The position numbers and the translations under genes are program-made. Shown piece after piece: positions 59,590-63,653 of a DNA stretch of 63,653 nt. Within the stretch, counting starts at the first letter, position 1; every line of letters begins with the position of its first letter. The notes beneath the pieces are model-generated. The model made no database searches and was not told where the DNA came from. It saw only the letters and a program-made list of their open reading frames with translations. Source of the DNA: Nanobdellota archaeon (GTDB lineage: Archaea; Nanobdellota; Nanobdellia; Pacearchaeales; GW2011-AR1); assembly GCA_018817405.1 (NCBI GenBank), contig JAHITZ010000046.1, positions 1 through 63,653 of the forward strand. Reading direction: 5' to 3'.

Positions 59590-60243
59590 ATGAAAATAGC
59601 AGCACTAATCTGCGCATACAACGAAGAAAAACACATCCGCAAAGTTGTAAATCAATGCTTAAAACAAATCAAAGATGTAATTGTAGTAAACGACGGCTCC
59701 AAAGACAACACCTTGAAAGAATTAAAAAAAACAAAAGCAACAATAATAACTTACAAAAAAAACCAAGGCAAGGGTGCTGCTTTGAGAAAAGGCTTTGCAT
59801 ACGCAACAAAAAAGAAATTTGATTATCTAATACTCTTAGACGCAGACGGCCAGCACGATCCAAAAGAAATTCCCAAGTTCATCAAAACAATAGAAAAGTC
59901 CCAGCCAGATCTAATCATCGGCTGCAGAAAAAAGCGCCACTCAAACATGCCCTACATCCGCCGTGCAACAAACTTCTTAACCTCTCTAATAATCAGCGTA
60001 AAAGGAGGCACATACGTCAAAGACTCCCAATCAGGCTACCGCGCAATAAAACTATCTTTCCTAAAAAAGCTAACTCTAAAAAGAAAAAGATACGACCTTG
60101 AAAGCGAAATGCTACTCAAAATGATGAAAAAACAAGCAAAAATAAAGTGCATCTCAATAAGAACAATTTACAAGGACGAAACCTCAACAATCCACCCAAT
60201 TAAAGACACAGCTCGATTCATCAGAGCACTAAAGATAAAATGA
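59590..60243 (+). CDS. GT2 DPM1/AglJ-like glycosyltransferase
   Basis: AYNEE, NDGSKD, GKGAA, DADGQH, DSQSGYR. Confidence 0.93.
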   Translation: MKIAALICAYNEEKHIRKVVNQCLKQIKDVIVVNDGSKDNTLKELKKTKATIITYKKNQGKGAALRKGFAYATKKKFDYLILLDADGQHDPKEIPKFIKTIEKSQPDLIIGCRKKRHSNMPYIRRATNFLTSLIISVKGGTYVKDSQSGYRAIKLSFLKKLTLKRKRYDLESEMLLKMMKKQAKIKCISIRTIYKDETSTIHPIKDTARFIRALKIK

Positions 60244-60875
60244 CCTTCACATTCAAAAACGAACTCGCAAGAAAATTCGTCCACTTCCTCTCCCTATTCA
60301 TAATCCTCGTTTACTTCCTCGCCTCCGACTTCTTCAGCGAGAAAATCGCGCTAATCATTTTAGTATTAATTCTAATAATCCTCTTAGAATTTGAATACCT
60401 CAGAATAGAACTCGGAAACAAAATCCCAATCCTAAGCAAAATCTGGTCTTACATGCGAAGAAAAAAAGAAAAAGACAAACTCGGCGGCGATATCTTCTTT
60501 GTAATCGGCGCAATATTAGTCCTCGCAGTCTTCGACCTAAGAATTGCAATAGCAGCAATCTTAATGACCACTCTCGGCGACCTTTCAGCAGCCCTCATCG
60601 GAAAAAAATTCGGCAAACATCCCTTGTTAAAAACAAAATCCTGGGAAGGCACAATCGCAGAATTCATTGTCAACATAATAATCGGCATCTCAGTTTTCAT
60701 AATCTACACAGGCACGTCATTCGCCAACTGGCAAGCCTGGACAATCATCTTAGTCATGGCCCTCACCGCAACTTTCGTAGAAACCGTAGTAAACAAACTA
60801 GATGACAACCTCTTAATCCCAGTCTTCGCTGGCTTCAACGGCCAGATCGCTTTTCTGATTTTGAGTTATATTTAA
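60240..60875 (+). CDS. dolichol/phytol kinase-like cytidylyltransferase-family membrane protein
   Basis: RKFVH, GDLSAALIG, KSWEG, DDNLLIP. Confidence 0.9.
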   Translation: MTFTFKNELARKFVHFLSLFIILVYFLASDFFSEKIALIILVLILIILLEFEYLRIELGNKIPILSKIWSYMRRKKEKDKLGGDIFFVIGAILVLAVFDLRIAIAAILMTTLGDLSAALIGKKFGKHPLLKTKSWEGTIAEFIVNIIIGISVFIIYTGTSFANWQAWTIILVMALTATFVETVVNKLDDNLLIPVFAGFNGQIAFLILSYI

Positions 60876-61023
60876 CAACAAACCAAAAGAACATAATCAA
60901 CTGCAAAGTAACTCACAACACCCCACCTCCGGTCGAGATTTATTTGATATTTATGGGTGGCGGGGGAGTGATATAATATTTATCTTCCAAAACTATTAAA
61001 TACCTCCCATCATTTCAAAAAAC

Positions 61024-61251
61024 ATGGCAGCAGAAACATTCCTCATCTTCTGGATAATTTTCCTAATCTTCATCATCTTTGCAATAGCAGTCCTTACAAT
61101 GATTTTCTGGATCTGGATGATTGTAGACTGCGCTCAGAGAAACTTCAAAAACGAAAACGACAAAATCCTCTGGATACTAGTCATAGTCCTCGCAGGCATC
61201 ATCGGTGCAATAATCTATTACTTCGTAGTCAAACACAAAGATAAGAAATAA
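61024..61251 (+). CDS. PLDc_N-like small membrane protein
   Basis: WIWMIVDC...KILWILVI...GAIIYY. Confidence 0.85.
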   Translation: MAAETFLIFWIIFLIFIIFAIAVLTMIFWIWMIVDCAQRNFKNENDKILWILVIVLAGIIGAIIYYFVVKHKDKK

Positions 61252-61289
61252 GGAATTAACCTTATTAACTCTCCCCTCTTCTAATCAAC

Positions 61290-61527
61290 ATACCAAGCGA
61301 AGCAGCACTTATCATTGCAGTTTTATTTGTCTTAGCGTACATACGCACTCATCCTAGCAGTCTTCTGGCTCCGGATGCTAATCAACGCAATAAGAAGAAA
61401 ATTCAAAAGCTCTGGCGAAAAAGCAATCTGGATTTTAATCATAATTTTTGGAACTGTCGCCGGCGCAATAATCTACTTCATCGTAATCAAACACTTCAAT
61501 CCTAAAAGCCTTCCTAAAAAGAAATAA
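61290..61527 (+). pseudogene. decayed paralog of the PLDc_N protein
   Basis: start ATA instead of ATG, frameshift near 61340, then FWLRMLINA...KAIWILII...GAIIYF*. Confidence 0.7.
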
Positions 61528-61555
61528 TTAAATAACTTCCCTTCTTTCAACAAAC

Positions 61556-62311
61556 ATGCACCAAGTTTGGTTTTATTCGTTGATAAGCGTTATCATAATT
61601 AGTCTAATATCCCTAATAGGGATCATAACCCTAAGTATTAAAATAAGCAAGCTCAGAAAATTCCTAATTTACTTGATTAGCTTCGCCGCAGGCACATTGT
61701 TTGGAGACGCTTTCATCCACCTCCTACCAGAAACAGTTGAATCTTACGGCTTTGGCTTAAACATCTCTCTCTACATCCTGCTTGGAATCGTACTCTTCTT
61801 CATCTTAGAAAAAGTAATTCACTGGCATCATTGCCATGGCGAGGTTCTTGAAAAAAACCACATCCATCCTTTTGCATACATGAACTTAGTTGGTGACGCC
61901 TTCCACAATTTCCTGGATGGAATAATCATCGCAGCCTCCTACATGATTTCCTTACCAGCAGGAATTGCAACAACCCTTGCTGTAGCGTTGCACGAAATCC
62001 CTCAAGAAATCGGCGACTTCGGCGTTCTAATCCATGGAGGTTTCTCCAAAGCAAAAGCCCTTGCAGTAAACTTCCTCTCAGCCCTATTCGCAATCCTTGG
62101 AGCTGTCCTAACATTATGGATAGGAAACAGCATAGAAGGCATAGAACTAATCCTAGTCCCAATTGCAATAGGCGGTTTTCTCTACATTGCAGGCTCAGAC
62201 CTCATACCCCAACTTCACAAATACTCTGAAAAACTCAGCAAATCAATATTACAAATAATAGCATTTATCCTAGGCATTGCTGTAATGGCTGCTCTTTTGT
62301 TGTTGGAATAA
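61556..62311 (+). CDS. ZIP-family metal transporter
   Basis: HLLPE, HWHHCH, HNFLDG, HEIPQEIGD. Confidence 0.94.
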   Translation: MHQVWFYSLISVIIISLISLIGIITLSIKISKLRKFLIYLISFAAGTLFGDAFIHLLPETVESYGFGLNISLYILLGIVLFFILEKVIHWHHCHGEVLEKNHIHPFAYMNLVGDAFHNFLDGIIIAASYMISLPAGIATTLAVALHEIPQEIGDFGVLIHGGFSKAKALAVNFLSALFAILGAVLTLWIGNSIEGIELILVPIAIGGFLYIAGSDLIPQLHKYSEKLSKSILQIIAFILGIAVMAALLLLE

Positions 62312-62365
62312 CTTAACCAGCCGCAAAAGGAAGTTAGTAAGGCAACCGATAAGGTTTCTTACAAG

Positions 62366-62437
62366 TGGACCTGCCGGGAATCGAACCCGGATCACACGAA
62401 TGCCATTCGCGTATACTAACCGTTATACTACAGGCCC
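62366..62437 (-). tRNA. tRNA-Ala(GGC)
   Basis: cloverleaf, anticodon GGC, G3:U70 pair. Confidence 0.93.
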
Positions 62438-62510
62438 CAACCTACACTGAAATCTTAAATTATAAATCTTCCCACGCAAATCTTATAAACCCTCCTTCAT
62501 TTTTCTACAC

Positions 62511-63317
62511 ATGGCAAAAACAATTGGCATTATCGCCATAAAAGGAGGTGTAGGCAAAACAACTATTTCTGCCGCTCTTGCTTCAGATTTAGCAAATCAC
62601 TACAACAAAAAAGTTTTACTCGTGGATGCTAATTTTTCTGCACCAAACCTCGGCCTGCACATGGACATTCTAGAACCAGAAAAAACAATTCACCATACAT
62701 TAGATAAAAAAATACAAATCAAATCAGCCATACAAAACAAATTCGGCGTTGACGTCATCCCAGGCGAATATGTCTACAACAAACCCCTGAATTACTTAAA
62801 ACTCAAAGACAAACTAAATACAATAAAAAACAGATATGATTTTATTATTCTTGACTCTTCCCCGAGCTTAAACGACGAAGTCCTCTCAACAATGCTTGCT
62901 TCAGATGCTTTATTTGTCGTGACAACTCCTGACTATCCAACTCTCTCCTGCACATTAAAAGCAGCCAAACTCGCCAAACAGCGAGGCAAACCAATTGCAG
63001 GCATTATAATAAACAAAATTCGCAATCCAAGATTTGAACTCAACTTGAAAGAGATTGAAGATTCTGTAGACATTCCAGTTATAGCAAGAATCCGTGACGA
63101 CAAAAACGCTGTAAAATCATTATTCACACGCATCCCACTTCCAATTTACAAAAAACACTCCCCTCTTTCAAAAGAAATCAACAGACTCAACGCAGCCCTA
63201 ACCAAAAATATTGAAAAAAAATCATTCTTCCAAAAACTAATGCCCTTCGATTTCAGAAAGGAACGCATCAATCGAGAACTCCTCAAGGAAAGTTTTTATA
63301 GTAAGACGTTCAAATAA
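62511..63317 (+). CDS. MinD/ParA-family ATPase
   Basis: KGGVGKTT, VDAN, DSSP. Confidence 0.9.
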   Translation: MAKTIGIIAIKGGVGKTTISAALASDLANHYNKKVLLVDANFSAPNLGLHMDILEPEKTIHHTLDKKIQIKSAIQNKFGVDVIPGEYVYNKPLNYLKLKDKLNTIKNRYDFIILDSSPSLNDEVLSTMLASDALFVVTTPDYPTLSCTLKAAKLAKQRGKPIAGIIINKIRNPRFELNLKEIEDSVDIPVIARIRDDKNAVKSLFTRIPLPIYKKHSPLSKEINRLNAALTKNIEKKSFFQKLMPFDFRKERINRELLKESFYSKTFK

Positions 63318-63321
63318 AACC

Positions 63322-63518
63322 ATGGCAAAAAAACAGGACTGCCTCTTCTGCAAAATCGCAAAGGGAAAAATCCCAGTAAAAAAGGTAAAGGACTCTGACA
63401 ACTTCTTCGCAATCCTTGACGCCAACCCTGTAGCAAAAGGCCACACCTTAGTAATCCCAAAAAAACACTTAGTCACATTGCTAGACATCCCAAACACGCT
63501 CGGCTCTGAACTCTTAAA
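63322..63518 (+). pseudogene. HIT-family hydrolase, N-terminal part, interrupted
   Basis: CLFCKI, DANP..GHTLVIPKKH; the HxHxH motif is not reached before the foreign hairpin. Confidence 0.8.
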
Positions 63519-63653
63519 GTCCCGCAAGAAATCCCGTTGCTTTAGCTGTGGGATGAATTGCGGCAATCTTTTTCTATTTTGATTAATATAAAAAAATGAG
63601 CGACGACTCGCTCACTGTATCTACAAACATAGTGAGAACTGACTTGTTCTAAA
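63519..63653 (-). mobile_element. end of an IS200/IS605-type element
   Basis: subterminal hairpin CCGCAATTCATCCCACAGCTAAAGCAACGGGATTTCTTGCGG (63522-63563, minus strand). Confidence 0.7.

Overview
This window looks like a small-genome DPANN archaeal chromosome (Pacearchaeota/Woesearchaeota-like, inferred from gene content, compact packing and TATA-like boxes just upstream of starts). Core genes include MCM, an RPA-like OB protein, DNA ligase, RadB, ScpB, TFE, RpoL, aIF2-beta, aRF1, Val/Ala/Gly-tRNA ligases, NAC, Sec61-beta and two MinD. There are three intact tRNAs (Cys-GCA, intron-containing Arg-TCT, Ala-GGC), a type IV pilus/adhesin locus and many single-gene accessory islets. Four things stand out. 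(1) Diverged, reading-frame-preserving copies of the last codons of core genes lie downstream of those genes: five for DNA ligase and one each for MCM, aRF1 and the tRNA-binding protein. They often sit exactly at the far edge of an inserted accessory gene, which suggests recurrent gene acquisition by 3'-end replacement. (2) An operon encodes two short paralogous peptides and a radical SAM enzyme that all begin MALG[LVF][SF]G, opposite an Lrp-type regulator carrying one in-frame TGA. (3) Several MITE families have different ends but a shared G-rich core, and two palindromic or G-rich inserts sit in frame inside genes. (4) Accessory genes, but not core genes, carry single-hit inactivating lesions. 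All calls come from reading the sequence and motif recognition; no database searches were run.
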